In this document: piece by piece, positions 1 through 13,994 of the stretch | Position numbering within the stretch: position 1 is the stretch's first letter | How the letters are laid out: every line of letters begins with the position of its first letter | Origin: Octopus vulgaris | Taxonomy: Eukaryota | Reading direction: 5' to 3' | Length of the DNA: 64,000 nucleotides | Assembly: GCA_951406725.2 (NCBI GenBank) | Contig: OX597814.1 | Location: forward strand, 145,948,001-146,012,000 | Notes under the pieces: generated by a model | Told to the model about the DNA's origin: nothing | Database searches by the model: none | The model's input: the letters and a program-made list of their open reading frames with translations, nothing else | Program-made: the position numbers and the translations under genes

Positions 1-31
1 CATTGCAACTAGAAAAGTTCCTTGTATCTAG

Positions 32-201
32 AAGCATAAAACGATCGTTGTGGCTCAACTTGCATTACTTCGGGAAGATAAATTTGACATTTATCACTAT
101 CTGAAGAAAGACAAATATCAGTTGATGAATCATTCGTCAAATATCAGCATGAGATCTTATTTTCTATTCAAGTCAGTTGCCACGTTTTCTCAGCCGGATC
201 A
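32..201 (+). other. Candidate internal exon of an unidentified host gene
   Basis: Acceptor-like ttccttgtatctag, then a 170-nt open, non-repetitive frame (KHKTIVVAQLALLREDKFDIYHYLKKDKYQLMNHSSNISMRSYFLFKSVATFSQPD), then donor-like gtatgt. No family recognised. Confidence 0.3.
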
Positions 202-204
202 GTA

Positions 205-385
<181 letters not shown>

Positions 386-1974
386 GAGTACCTTTGCACA
401 AAAAATACTCGAATAATATTCCAGTTCCAAGTATGTTATATCACGAAAGTATTCAATAGTCCAGAGAAAAAAAAAACACAGGAATCTGTGTATGTTTGAA
501 TAAATCTCTATGGTCAATATCGATCTCGTTTTATTGCGCCTTCTTTTGTGATTCTAAAATATTTTTAAAAATATATTTCTGCTAGGTATATAACAATATT
601 GTACCATTTTTGTATATCAGTTTGTAATCTGTAACTTTATATGAACGTGTTGAAATCTTTATATTTCAAAAGAGTGATTTATTTTTAAAGGATAGTTTGT
701 GATTTCTACGACGGAGGTATTTTTGATAGAACATGAAAGGTGGCTGTAATGAACACTAATATCGTGATTATTTAGATCTTCTCAGAATACATATTGAGAA
801 ATAGGTTGTCATGCGACATTAACATTGTGGGTGTATAATCGATAATCATAAACACTGCCTGAATTTTCATACGTTCAATAGACGTCAATTACAGAAAATT
901 GGGTGTACCCCAAACTCCACGACCCTACAGTAAATAGCCACAGAAATTCTAACATTGAACGCAAAAGAAAGAAAATATGCCTTGCGATTCAGCTTGTTTG
1001 GCTTTCAGAGTTTTTTTCTCAAGTTTGACAAAGATTAACGGCTGCCATTTATTTTTGATCAATATTTGGTTTCGCAGTTGGAACTAAATTTTTGAAAATA
1101 TAATCCGTGATCAACTCACGATAGTTTGTCTCTTGATCTAAATATCAACACGCACAATTAATGTATAATGCAGAGAACACGCATAGAAAAAGAAGTAAGC
1201 AGGGGAGACGGGGAAAAAGAGTAAGCGATCGAGAGAGAATATTAAAGAGAAAACTATATAGAAAGACATACAAACAAAGAGAGAGAGGCAAAGAAAGACT
1301 CTGAAAGAGAACTATAAAAAGAAAGAAAAAAACAATGATAGAGTAATAGTATTCAAACGAATCAACAAAAATAAAAGGAATAATGTAATCATATTTCGAG
1401 CATATTAGATCAAACTGCTTCAGTTGAAAAACATCCAACTATGGAATTTCTCCTTGAAATATCAGTTTCAATATTTGTTGGCAGGAACCGTTGTGAATAT
1501 GTTTGTATTTTATTATTCCAATCGCTTCTCTTCGTGTATTGGTGTTTACGTTTGTCTATATAAGACGCAAGGCATTCTTCTCTTAAGAGCTAATATTTCA
1601 GTTCTTAGAGAGAATACTAATTTTAATAGTTAATGTAAATGATATAGCTTCTCCATCACTGTTTTCTCCCGCATTTATTTATTTTTTTCACGTTTAGGAA
1701 CATACAATAATGGACATTATTGCCTCAGAGTCAGTATGAAATCAATAACACAAGGGTAGAAATAAAACAGATGCACAAAGCCGCACAGGCACGCGAACAC
1801 AACTATATTTGCAGTTATGTTCTCTGTCTTATTTAATGTTCTCTATGTAAAAGGGAATGGTTTATAGCAAAAAAAAAAAGAAAAAAGACGATGATCCATA
1901 AACAAATTTTAGAAGAACGTGTCAGGATTTTCTTACACACACACGTACGCACATATATATATCTATGTATCACC

Positions 1975-2036
<62 letters not shown>

Positions 2037-2049
2037 ATATATATATATT

Positions 2050-2099
<50 letters not shown>

Positions 2100-4577
2100 T
2101 TATTTTCAGTTTTACATTTATATATTCAAAGTTTAATTTGTAGCATACGTGTCACCCTCCCTCTTTGCATCGAAATACCGACCTTTTGAAAGTCAGTCCT
2201 GGTAGCTATCTTTCGTAGAATGTCTACGAGGAACAATGCTTACCAATGATCATCTGTATTCTGGGTTCAGGATTGTATATTCCAAAACATGTATCAGAAA
2301 TATTCTCTAAGTCACAAATTTTAAATACTGCTTACATCTTCTACTTCGCTGACCTTTATAAAAGTATATATATTGTTTGCATTCTGTCGCAGAAAAAACT
2401 AAGGTTCAACTATTGCCATTGCATTTATTGTGTATTTTGATCTGAAGTTGACTTAACGGTATTCTCAATGGATCAATGTATTCAGCGCCAGAATTTATTT
2501 AATACGGCACAGCTCTTCACAAGGAAGGCATTTTGTACAATCTTCTTAACTCCAGATATAGAAGCAGCTCTAGTTTTACGGTATAAAAGAATTTGAGGCT
2601 CGCTCAGTTTTGAAATAATATGAAATGCTCATACGGTCGAATGGACGCAGAGAGAGAAAGAGTTAGATAGATAATTGTACAGTTCGGAGAATAGAAAATT
2701 CTCAAAACAATTTAATGAGACATGTGCCCCTCAAAAACACTTGAACGTTTGGACACTAATTGGTTCAGATAATTCGAATGGTAGAATATTCATCATATAT
2801 ACCCGCAGTTTAAATATAGAACAAACAAGAGGGTCAACATGTGCAATAAAAATTAAAATCATGGCGATCAAGCTATAAGCCTTCTCATCGTGTTACCTTT
2901 ATGGTTATATAATTTTTTACCTGCAAATTTTATTAAGCACTTCCAGCTTTGTTGAATCATATCGTTGTCTTCCACCACCGAGATCTGGACCCGCGGTCGG
3001 CAAGAAGAGGAAAGTACCAGTCTTTAAACCCAGCACTGACTACTATATATCTGAACAAAGAATGGATGTTCGGTGGTCCTAAGGAAGTCCAATGTGTTCA
3101 AAGTAGTTTTGAACTCTGGTGCGACAATGAACCCTTGAGCTGATGCAAAGTGTGTGCTGAGAAAAATGATTTGGAGAAAAAACTAAGATTATTAAGGCAA
3201 GAAAAGGAGTTAAGAGAATAGGAAAAGAAGATTTCAGTCAGTATAAATGGAAACCTTGCTTGGTGAAATTCAGGTAAGAGATTTTACGTACCTTCGTTTA
3301 TTGAGTGTCAGGACACATTGATACGAAAGGTGGCTACGACGTAAGCAATGAGATTTGATAAACTACTTCCGATTAGAGAAAAATAATAAGTATGATTTAT
3401 TTATTAATAGGTGGTTGATGACTTCATCTTTGTACTGAAGTCCATAGACGTTTTCTTAAAAGAAAACAAAAGGAATTACTATATTTTATGTTTTAAAAAT
3501 ATATTGTATTATTTGTGCTTTGATTTCAGTCGAATAGATATACTCATTCATGGCTAGCCAGGCTATTACGCGATCATATAGAACCCAGTATTTAACTTGA
3601 TTCTTTATCTATCTTTATATAATTATATCTAAGTACATCTTACATGCATGTGTGTCCTATAGTGTGAATGTATTTCATGCGAGTGTGTATGTATTTCTTT
3701 GATTTGATATTTCAAATTGATAATTGCAAGTCCTCAGTTCTTTATCCTATTCATAATTCATTTCTATTAATGGCTTTACGAGTGACATTTTATTGGCCCC
3801 TTTCAGGTTTCTTCTGTCAAAACACATTTTATATTACTTTCGAAAAGTGCACAATATTTCTGGATATTTGTCAAAGTAATTGTAGCAGAGATGTTAAGAT
3901 ACAATAATTCCATAGTTTTCAATATTCTGTCTCTCTCTTTAATTATATAATTTTTCTTCTATAAAGTTTACATTATTTCACATATTTCAAGATGAATTAT
4001 ATATCTTCATACCTAAATACATACTTACAATAATTTATTTCTATTTTCCATTTTAAATTTGCATCATTTGTATATGTTTCTTCCAAGCTATTTTAGAATA
4101 CCATCAGGATTTAAACGTATAATCTATCTCTCCTCTTCTGTCCTTTACGTCGGGTACAATAATGCTAAGTATGATATATGTGTGATATTGTTTATCATTA
4201 CGACTATCGAATACTATTAATACTACGGATTGCATCCACACATAGATGCTATATCGGAGGAAGTTTACACACACTTCCGTCATTAAATTCTACCTTGTTC
4301 CTATACAGATTGATTCAATTATTCTGACTACAGTCTATTGTTTGAAGAAACCTGTGAGACATCTCTACTAGATGACAAAACATATCTAGTACTTCGACAA
4401 AGGATGGGTGAACAGCCATCTTGCTATTGTTGTGATTTGATTTCAGAATGTAATAGGCCAGAACTAAATACCACGATACAATTTATCTGACACTAATGAG
4501 TCTGCCTATCTACCACAATTCAAATATATAGTCAGGATCTTTAGCTAGACACAATTTTATGTATTTTATGTATGGAT

Positions 4578-5641
4578 ATACCCCTGCACGTCTAGCAACG
4601 TCATCCACTGCATCTTCTGCTCTGTCTGTTCTTCTCTATACATCGGTCAAATATGACGCCTCTTGGCTGGCCGGTCCGCGCCATTTCTGCTCTACCGGTC
4701 ACTCTTCGTAACCCCTGTCTGTGTTCGAATTGTCCTTGCACCGGGTCTATCCAGGCTCCCATCTTCGCCATGAGCAGGGATTAATCTTCTTTCTTCGCTC
4801 CTTTGCGCTGCAAGAGGGGAGGCTCAACCCACCTCCTCTCTTCATCTAACTCCCTCCTCTCTTCATCTAACTCCTTCCTCTCTCCTCTCTTCATCTAACC
4901 CCCTCCTCTCTCCTCTCTTCATCTCACATGTACTACCTCGCACCCACCTCTCCTCTCTTACTCTGGCAGCTACTTCCTCTCTTCACTCCTGCTCACCTTC
5001 TCCCTTCCACCCTCTCCCTTCATCGTCACCTACTCTCTCGTTACCCCACCCCTACACATTCCAACCGCACCATCTATACACATATCATCCCACCCCATCC
5101 CATCCCTTAGACCCCATCATTGCTTCGCGCACTCTCACCTCCCCCACACCCCAACACAACCACACTACCAACCACCATCACCACCCACCACCACCCACAC
5201 CATACACCATCGCACCACACCACACACCCTCATACCACACCAAACCAAACCACATCACGCCATCTCGCACACACTAGCACTGCCCACTTCCCAGCACCTA
5301 CACCAGCGCACTCACTAGTACTGATCACTTCCCAGTATCTACATCATCATCCATATACCTATACGTGCACACACGCACACGCCAATGTCACCAGACCCCT
5401 TCCACACGCACATTCACGCTCTGACATACACACGCACGCGCACCTTGGCTTTCGTTCACCACTACTTTATTATTTCTCCTTCTTCCTAGCTCTCCTGTGT
5501 GTTCCCTCTGTCCGGCATTCGCCATGGTAGATCTTTAGCCATTAAACCTTTTTCTATTTTCTCTCCCTGTTTATTTCTGTGTTGCTTTCTGTCGAAGAGC
5601 GTAGGCTCTAAACGTAAAATACTTTCTCACTTCCCGAGCGT
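4578..5641 (+). mobile_element. Penelope-like element (Neptune-type) 3' remnant: GIY-YIG fragment, CT/CA-rich 3' UTR, pseudo-LTR
   Basis: From 4582: PCTSSNVIHCIFCSVCSSLYIGQI*RLLAGR...HFCSTGHS...EQGLIFFL, a degenerate PLE GIY-YIG. Followed by a pyrimidine-rich tract with tandem ctcctctcttcatctaac units and a pLTR also found at 16015-16220, 23800-23925 and 25030-25480. Confidence 0.8.
5586..5619 (+). ncRNA. Degenerate minimal hammerhead-like motif (Neptune pLTR type)
   Basis: ttt-CTGTCGA-a-GAGC gtag GCTC-TAAA-cg-TA-aaa; GAAA mutated to TAAA in this copy. Confidence 0.45.
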
Positions 5642-5989
5642 ACCAAAATTTGAAACCGATATTATGTAAATGTTGTAACAAAGCAGGAAATTACCACTTG
5701 TACATATCTATATAAGTTCCTTGAAATTGTTTTCATTGTAAATACATTTCAATACACAAATAAACGGAAGGACACTTTAGACAAAATCTCCACATGTTAC
5801 GCGGAAACTATCTATGCCCGAGCACATACAGTTATAGAATTAAAGCAATATTAAAGAAAATAAATCTCTTGCTGTGAGTAACGTTCAATTTAATCACGAT
5901 TAATTTGCTGAAACTTTCAAAGAATATCACCATGCGTGTACCCCACCCATATATATATATGTAAGTATATATATACACACACACATATG

Positions 5990-6054
<65 letters not shown>

Positions 6055-6604
6055 CATTATTTAAGTTCAGTTCGATTAAATATATTACCTGCTTGTTAAC
6101 AGTTAACATTATGTTTCAATTCTATGCTCTAGAACACTATATTTACGTTTAGTTTGTAAACAACATTATACGTATACGTAAATACAAACAACTTGTCCGA
6201 AAACACACTATATAAAATATCACTCTCTGGTTACTTTCAAATACTGGAATATTTACCCTCCTGTTTGTAGAATTACAAATTGGAAAAAACGTTTTTCTAA
6301 ATGTATTTACTACATTCCCCTTGTAATTTGCATATAGTGAGAGATACATGGTTTTGGAAAGTTTTATTCTGGTTACATATTGTACCCTAACTTTTAATAT
6401 ACATATTTTGCATGCATATTCGGGTATGTTTACTGAACCACATTATCATTGTTTTTCCTTTAAAGATAATAAGGTATGGGAATTTTGAATATATATAACA
6501 GTTTTTGTGATGTCTTTGCAGCTTTATTAAGAAAACCTATACTCTACCTCCGGTATTCGAGTACTATTTTTCCCACCTTGTTTCACATTTATTTGCTTAC
6601 ACTC

Positions 6605-6658
<54 letters not shown>

Positions 6659-7427
6659 AAGAAGATATCGATTGCGAGAACATAGTATGTAACTTCACGG
6701 TGTTTAGATCGGATCTTAGTGGATATGAGTAACTAAGAGTATGATAACAAATCTTTGTGCCCCGGAGTGGAAATAAAATGCGTATCTCTACTGAACATTT
6801 GACAATCATCAAATAAGACAAGAAAAACCAGTAAAGAATCGTTTGGATATAGCACGTTTGAATTAACAGAATACTTTTGGTAACATATCATTTGACTAAG
6901 TTAGCAAAACATTACAATGATCACAAATTTTGTAATCACCGGTGGTTATTATTGAACGCTTATCCCAAAATTGTTGCCTTTAATTCAATCCACACAAGTG
7001 ATAAACATATCAATTTTGACAGCATCCATTCTTAAAGAGGTATCCCGCAAGGCGATAACTTCACGATACTGCTCATTGGCAACTCATTAAACTTGTTATC
7101 AATGTCACCTCATTAAACTCGTTATCACAAAATACAGTGATTATAATACGTATTAACTGAATCTGGAAACGCCTAAAATCTTTGCTTTATAGGCAATCAG
7201 CATTTGTATGCATCTAATTACATCTAAAGGCAACTGTTTATTATTAGGCAACAGTTCATTGATAGTAGAAATATTTTGTCCGAATGTGCATATATGGTAG
7301 AAAAACACAGGAAAGTATGAAAATACCCTCCCAAAATCAAAGTTGTGCATTCGGGTGACAAAATAAAATTGTTATAAAAGTAGCCTCATCTTTTCAACAA
7401 AATAAGCACACGAATATACTTGTCTGT

Positions 7428-7664
7428 TTACTCTTTTACACTTTTATTTGTTTCAGTCATTTGACTGTGGCCAATGCTGGAGCACCGCCTTTTTTAGTCA
7501 AGCAGATCAACCCCATGACTTATACTTTGGAAGCCTAGTACTTATTCTATCGGTCCCTTTTGCCGAACCGCTAATTTACGTGGACGTAATCACACCACCA
7601 ACGGTTGTCAAGCGATGTTGGGGGGACAACACAGACACACAAACATGCACACACACACAAACAT

Positions 7665-7740
<76 letters not shown>

Positions 7741-7901
7741 TAGCTTCTTTCAGTTTCCCTCTACCAAATCCACTCACAATGCTTTAGTCGGCCCGAGGCT
7801 ATAGTAGAAGACACTTGCCGAAGGTGCCACGCAGTGGGACTGAACCCGGAACCATGCGGTTGGTATGGAAGCTACTTACCACACAGCCACTCCTTCACCT
7901 A
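7428..7901 (-). mobile_element. tRNA-derived SINE family A (CORE-like), with internal microsatellite
   Basis: Reverse complement of the 34908-35295 family: tRNA-like head (ggttccgggttcagtccc), CORE-like ccttcggcaagtgtctt, tail ggcggtgctccagc...gactgaaacaa. Confidence 0.88.
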
Positions 7902-7984
7902 TGTTTGTTTATAAAACTAGTCCATTACAGCTACAATTAGCCTCTCATGATTTTGACGCTCGTCCACTTAAATCGCTACATACT

Positions 7985-8228
7985 CTTATGTTTCAGTGTT
8001 CGACTCATGATACATAAAATTGCGGCTTCGATTACTGGATCGTGCGACGCGTTATGTACTTGAGCAAGACACTTCATTTCACGTAGTTCCAGTCCACTCA
8101 GCTGGCAAATGTGAGTAATCCTGCGACGGACCGGCGTCCCGTCCAGGTGAGAAATATATACTCCATGGAAATTGGAAAACCGGCTATATGAGTCTACATG
8201 GCCCGGGAAAAAACTTTACTACTACTAT
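7985..8228 (+). mobile_element. SINE family D (CORE/V-domain-like), diverged
   Basis: ttgagcaagacactt (CORE-like), then cctgcgacggaccggcgtcccgtccagg (V-domain-like), ending in a (tac)n tail. Confidence 0.6.
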
Positions 8229-8849
8229 TTACATCTTTATGCTAAATTTTTAAGTCTACACTTTATTTCGATGGATATACATACATACACATACATTAAT
8301 ATGTACATGTGTGTATGGTTATGTGTGTGTTTTCGTCTATGAGTGTGTGTGTGTATATATATACATACATGCACACGTACTCTCTCTAACTCTATCCGTA
8401 TCTGTCTGTCTGCCTGTCTGTCTCTCCTTCTGTCTCACACTCACACAAATACACATGTAAAAACTTGGTATAATTTGAACGACGAAATGCCAGAATGCCA
8501 TTAAGAATTTTACCCGGCATGCTGCCGGTTCTGCCACCTTGCCACCTTATTGCTTTCGCTCCTTTATTAACCACTCATAGAAAATGCATAAAATTATTTC
8601 ATCATCATTCACTATCAGAAAACCTAAATCGTGTTTATACCACTTTCCCGTCACTTACAGTCTTCAAAATTGGATAACATGCAAGGAAGTCTTTTACTGA
8701 GGCGTTTATACACTTTCTGTGTTAAGCTTTTGCACTCTCATTTGAAAACCTTCTGCATTTGCTTGCTGAGATTTATCGGTTTTGTTCTTTAGTGGCCATA
8801 TAGGCCTCAACTTATCAGTCTCATCAAATTGTTATTATAATTTCAATCA

Positions 8850-8990
8850 TTCTTCTTCTTCTTCTTCTTCTTCTTCTTCTTCTTCTTCTTCTTCTTCTTC
8901 TTCTTCTTCTTCTTCTTCTTCTTCTTCTTCTTCTTCTTCTCCTGCACCTCCTCCCCCTCCTCCTCCTCCTCCTCCTCCTCCTTCTTCTTC
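8850..8990. repeat. (TTC)n/(CCT)n microsatellite
   Basis: Directly visible; gives the poly-S/P and poly-K/E ORFs. Confidence 0.97.
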
Positions 8991-10575
8991 CAGCTCATAT
9001 GCATCTCGCTCTTGAGAAGCATTCCTTTCGAATTCAGATGCCAGGAAGCTATGTCGGGGTACGTGAATGACATCTGGGTAGCGGTGCCAGGCATCATTGA
9101 TGTTGAATGAGTCAATATCATTTTAAAGGAATGCGCGGGAATTGGAGGAGTTTAACATAAATCCAAACAAGTCGATACGCTTGCAGCTCGGCAATAATAG
9201 AGTCTATCCCAACGAACAGCATATTATTTTGATGAACTCATGGATCAGTGAAACTGCTCAGGTTCGGGGTTGTTCCAGACCTCCAGATGGACAACAACTG
9301 GAAGGAAGTTACAAGCTGAGTGGCCAGTCTTACTCACAAATTGGCTGAAAGGAAATCATCACTGAAATGTCGAGTAGCGGTGGTGAATGCTTACACTGTC
9401 TCTTTAATAACTTATCGCCTGACCGTTGTCCGTTGATCTAGTTCACGTTTGGCCAGGCTAGAAGGTTTACTTTTTCACTACCTGTGGAAAGGATGCATTC
9501 CATTGGTCAAGTGTTTCATCTGCTACCTCTAGTAAAGTGTAGACAGGCATTGCGGCTAACCCACTTAGATATTTTTCTAGAACTGGTGAACTGGTGTTGT
9601 CTCCTTTTGTTAGACACGCCTTTCCACAGATCATCTCGTTGAAGCAGCTAAAACCCTGGACCAAGAGCAGACCAAAATTAGGCGCTTGGCATATGATATT
9701 TTGTTTGGTGTTCATTCACATCTACAGGCTGGAAAATACGATCGATGGAACTTCTACTTTAGAAATATACAGAAATATAGTAGTGGGTAAGAGAGATGAC
9801 AAACTCGGGGAAACTCAAAGCATTGATGAAGTTAATTTAGTTGGTTTGCATTAGAGGACTTTCGGGCCCGCTACTACTATAGGCAGTTTCCAGAAATCCT
9901 TGGTATTGCAGTGCTACCAAGAGCACTACTAGTGAAAGATGAATTCTTTAATCACGGAAGAGCTGCCAGGCGAAACTATCCGAAATGCGCGCAGAGCAAC
10001 GAAACCGCTCTGCACGCACACATGCAGTATCCGAACAGCTACTATTGCGACTACCGGTCGAATCCATCGTCAGGGTTGTTTCACCACCTACCTTCATATA
10101 GGCAAAGCAGGCGATGTTCTGTCTTGTGGCTATGACGAAAATGGTTGTGTACTGAACGAAGCTGAAATGATTGATGTAAGCGCCACTTATCGACCTTTGA
10201 AGTTCCTGGCCAATTTGTGAAAAGGTAAAAGAGTGTGGTTGACATGTGCCTGTAGATTGGCGTGCAACATTTCGACCAGGGTTAATGCCTTTGTTGGTCA
10301 TGGTAATCCTGAATCTCTGGGATTCTTTGATTGCCTCTAGCTGCAGAGTCTCCTGTACCAGTAGGACTACATCATTCATAGAATCACAAACTTTGTATAC
10401 CGTGTATAATTAAGCACATTCACCGTTTTCACCATTTGTTTCTCACCTTCTTTTATGTAAACCTCCACACAAATTGCTTACAGTCCTTATGATGTCCCCA
10501 CTCATGTGTGTGTTAATAAAAGAAATCATGTCTGGTTGATAAAAGAAATCATCATGATCATCATGATCAACTTCA
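8990..10575 (+). mobile_element. L1/Tx1-clade non-LTR retrotransposon, 5'-truncated decayed ORF2
   Basis: Fragments MSGYVNDIWVAV (decayed YADD, 9051), FNINPNKS, AERKSSLKCRVAVVNAY (LSLxGR-type motif) and YPKCAQSNETALHAHMQYP (decayed CCHC knuckle); 3' end aataaaagaaatc followed by (atc)n. Confidence 0.72.
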
Positions 10576-10895
10576 TCATGGATATTGTGGTTTTGATAGC
10601 TATTTATTTTCTGTAATTAATGATATTATCATTATGAATATTATACATAGCCAAAACGATAACAAAATAGCAAGACATAAAACAGTTAGCAAGGATATTA
10701 ACAATAATAATAATGAAGATAATAATAACAGCAATGAAAAAACAACAACAACAAACAAAAAATAATAATAAACATTTAACTTTTTGCATAGACGAAGAGT
10801 GCACTTGCAAGTGCAACTTATCAGGAATTTTACACGAAATTAGTGAATTTGATATGAAGTAGGTAACTCAGCTGATGGTGTATAGATTGATGTAT

Positions 10896-10942
<47 letters not shown>

Positions 10943-10975
10943 GGAGTTGCATAATAGTGGTTTTATCTCTAATTC

Positions 10976-11021
<46 letters not shown>

Positions 11022-11100
11022 CCAGATACGTAACCATAGGCAGCGACAAATTACACACACACACATATATACACACACAAATACTAATTATACATACACA

Positions 11101-11162
<62 letters not shown>

Positions 11163-11900
11163 ATATATATAAGTAATATGTATATACGTATCGTCTATAA
11201 ACACATACATATATATATATACATATATATGTACACACACAAATATATATATATACACACACACATACATATATCGTAAGATGTTTAGTTGCCATTCTGT
11301 ATATATTTGTATACAGATGCAAATAGAAACATACATGTTTATGTACATATACGTATATACAAATATATCTATACATATATCACAAATTATACGTAATATG
11401 TATATGTGTGTACGGCTAGGAAGTGTGTTTATTGCTTCGTATACACGGTTAGTTCATGTCATGTTTCGTTTAATGTTCTTATCAAACAGCCTGAAATATG
11501 AAAACATGTAACAATACTGTTTCTTTCTGATCTCCATAGTTTTATTGTTCCTGTCATTTTCCATCAATTTCAAATACTTAAATAGTTTGCTACAAAGTTA
11601 ATTTGCCTCCTATAAGCAAATAAATTGCTTTTGAAAGATGAAAAGTATAGAAATAAAATGTTTATATTATTTCCTTCGCAATTATCTGTATTTGAATAAT
11701 TTTTTTTCTCTCATTCTTGTTTCAATAAGAATAACTAGTTCAAAATATGAAATAACAAATATATTTCAATTGTGTATTTTAGAACACGTTTAGTTTTTTA
11801 AGTTGCATGAAATAAATGTTATCGAATAATTTTAGAATTCAATGTTTGAATATATGTAATTCATGCTTAATATAATGTATATTTACTTTTATTTAAATAG

Positions 11901-12013
11901 GCATCGAATGATTTCATTCAGAATTATTTTATTGTTCTTGATCACATGCAATGCCGTATGTTGTATGTGTAGAGACGATATATTTGTTACAATCAAAGAT
12001 GACTTTAATCAAG
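11901..12013 (+). other. Candidate first coding exon with signal peptide (ATG at 11908)
   Basis: Acceptor ttttatttaaatag, then gcatcga-ATG encoding MISFRIILLFLITCNAVCCMCRDDIFVTIKDDFNQ, then donor aag|gtatat (phase 1). Basic residue + hydrophobic core + small residues resembles a signal peptide. Confidence 0.45.
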
Positions 12014-13461
12014 GTATATTTTGTAACTAATACTTTGACATTTATTCCCTATATTCCAGCTATCTTTATTCTTTACAAATCTTGCGTTTGATTCTGTTTG
12101 CAAACCTTTATCTGCTTCCAGTTTATCTATACCTTTCTCTCGTATTTATTGCTATTATTATGCCTATACATTTATATGATTACGGAAGCAGAGAACATTC
12201 CCTTACGAAAAGAGATAATGATATTGTCAAACATTATTCCTTTATCCGAAATTTATATCCACTTATAAATTTAGTATAATGAAAGAAAAAAAAAGGAAAT
12301 CAGCTTGTTTTTGTTTATATTTGAGTGCATTCTTCATCACATAAGATGTCCTTGATTTAATGTTTTCCTTTCATTTAACGAAAATTTATTACGTATATCA
12401 TAATTGTTGTGTGTTAATTATATTTGAAAATATTTGTTCCTTCCTCAGTAGCAAATCAAGTCTAGCACAATTATTAGATACTTTTTTTCGTAAAAGCTAC
12501 TTTAGGTACTCAGATGCTGGTAGGTGTTATTTAAAACTAGTTACACATTTTAAATAAATATGTTTAGGAAATTATTGACCTCATATGAATGAGTGTAATA
12601 AGAAAATGAAACATCAAATACGGTGCATTGTGACTTTCAATAATGTTTGATGTAAACGTATATATTAATTCCAATTTCGCCACAAAGAATTCTGTTCTCT
12701 TACGACAAGATCACTATCATTATATAATTAAGTGGACAGGCTGACAGAAACGTTAGAGAGTTGGACAAACATTTTAGCTACATTTCTTCCTTTCCTTTAC
12801 ATTCTGATTTCAAAAGCCACCTACGTAGTCTATGGCTTTCATCTTTTCTGGTGTGATATAAATAAGCACCAGCCAGATACCCCTCTGCACACAGACTGTG
12901 AGTTTATAGTTGAAAAGATTACTATTACAATGGCTTTTAAGTTTACCGTAAGTGTTTTTCTATCCATACAATACTTTGTACATATTTACTGTTTAATATT
13001 TCAAACAACAGTTCTGCCGTTAAGTATGAATGAAGCAATTATAACTCATTAACCTTATCAAATATAAGGAAAACGTATAAGTCCGAAAATTGAATGCAGT
13101 TTAAACCTGTGATATATGAAGAATTTAACGATTTCAGTAACGTGTAATATATATTGCCTCAGCCAATCCAGAGAATAGTAAGATAATCCAATTCTTCTGA
13201 ATATTTTCTTAGAACAAGAATGAATTCAGCATACCTATTAAGTTGGACATATGAATAATAACAGTATTCAAACTAGTTGCAGAATCTTCTTTGAGAGTTT
13301 TTTCTTTGATAATTAGAGGAATCTATTTGAAGGCCTTAGAGAAATACGATGATGTACCTAGTTACGTAGATTGTATTTCACAATTTCTTCTCAAGTTTAT
13401 ATGTATGTATTTATCCGTTTGTAACCATACATTTAACTTCTGTTCACCTGTCTCATTTTAG

Positions 13462-13524
<63 letters not shown>

Positions 13525-13994
13525 ATTACATTAAATTATCTTCTAGAATATGCCTGTGTGTATGTATGTATGTATGTATGTATGTATATATGATATTACA
13601 CTTTATATTAGCATTGTACTGACATTTTCGTCTGTAAAGATTTATGTATTAGTATGTATATGTATCTCCATTTTTGTCAGCACATGCATATGTAACGAGT
13701 ATGTGTAGACATATTCCTATGTTTGACTGTGTGTATATCTAAGGATATATATTCATACATATATAATATACAATATAATATATATGTGTGCGTATATGTA
13801 TCTATAATATGTATACATATATATATGTGTGTGTATGTATATGTGTTTGTGCGTGCGTGCGTATGTGTGTGTTGATTCATTACATATATTTGTATGTGAC
13901 AGTTTAATTAAATGTTAATAAGAATACACTGCTTATAAATACGTCTACATAGTCTCTTTTTTTTGTGTGAACAAGTGTATATAAATGATTCTAT

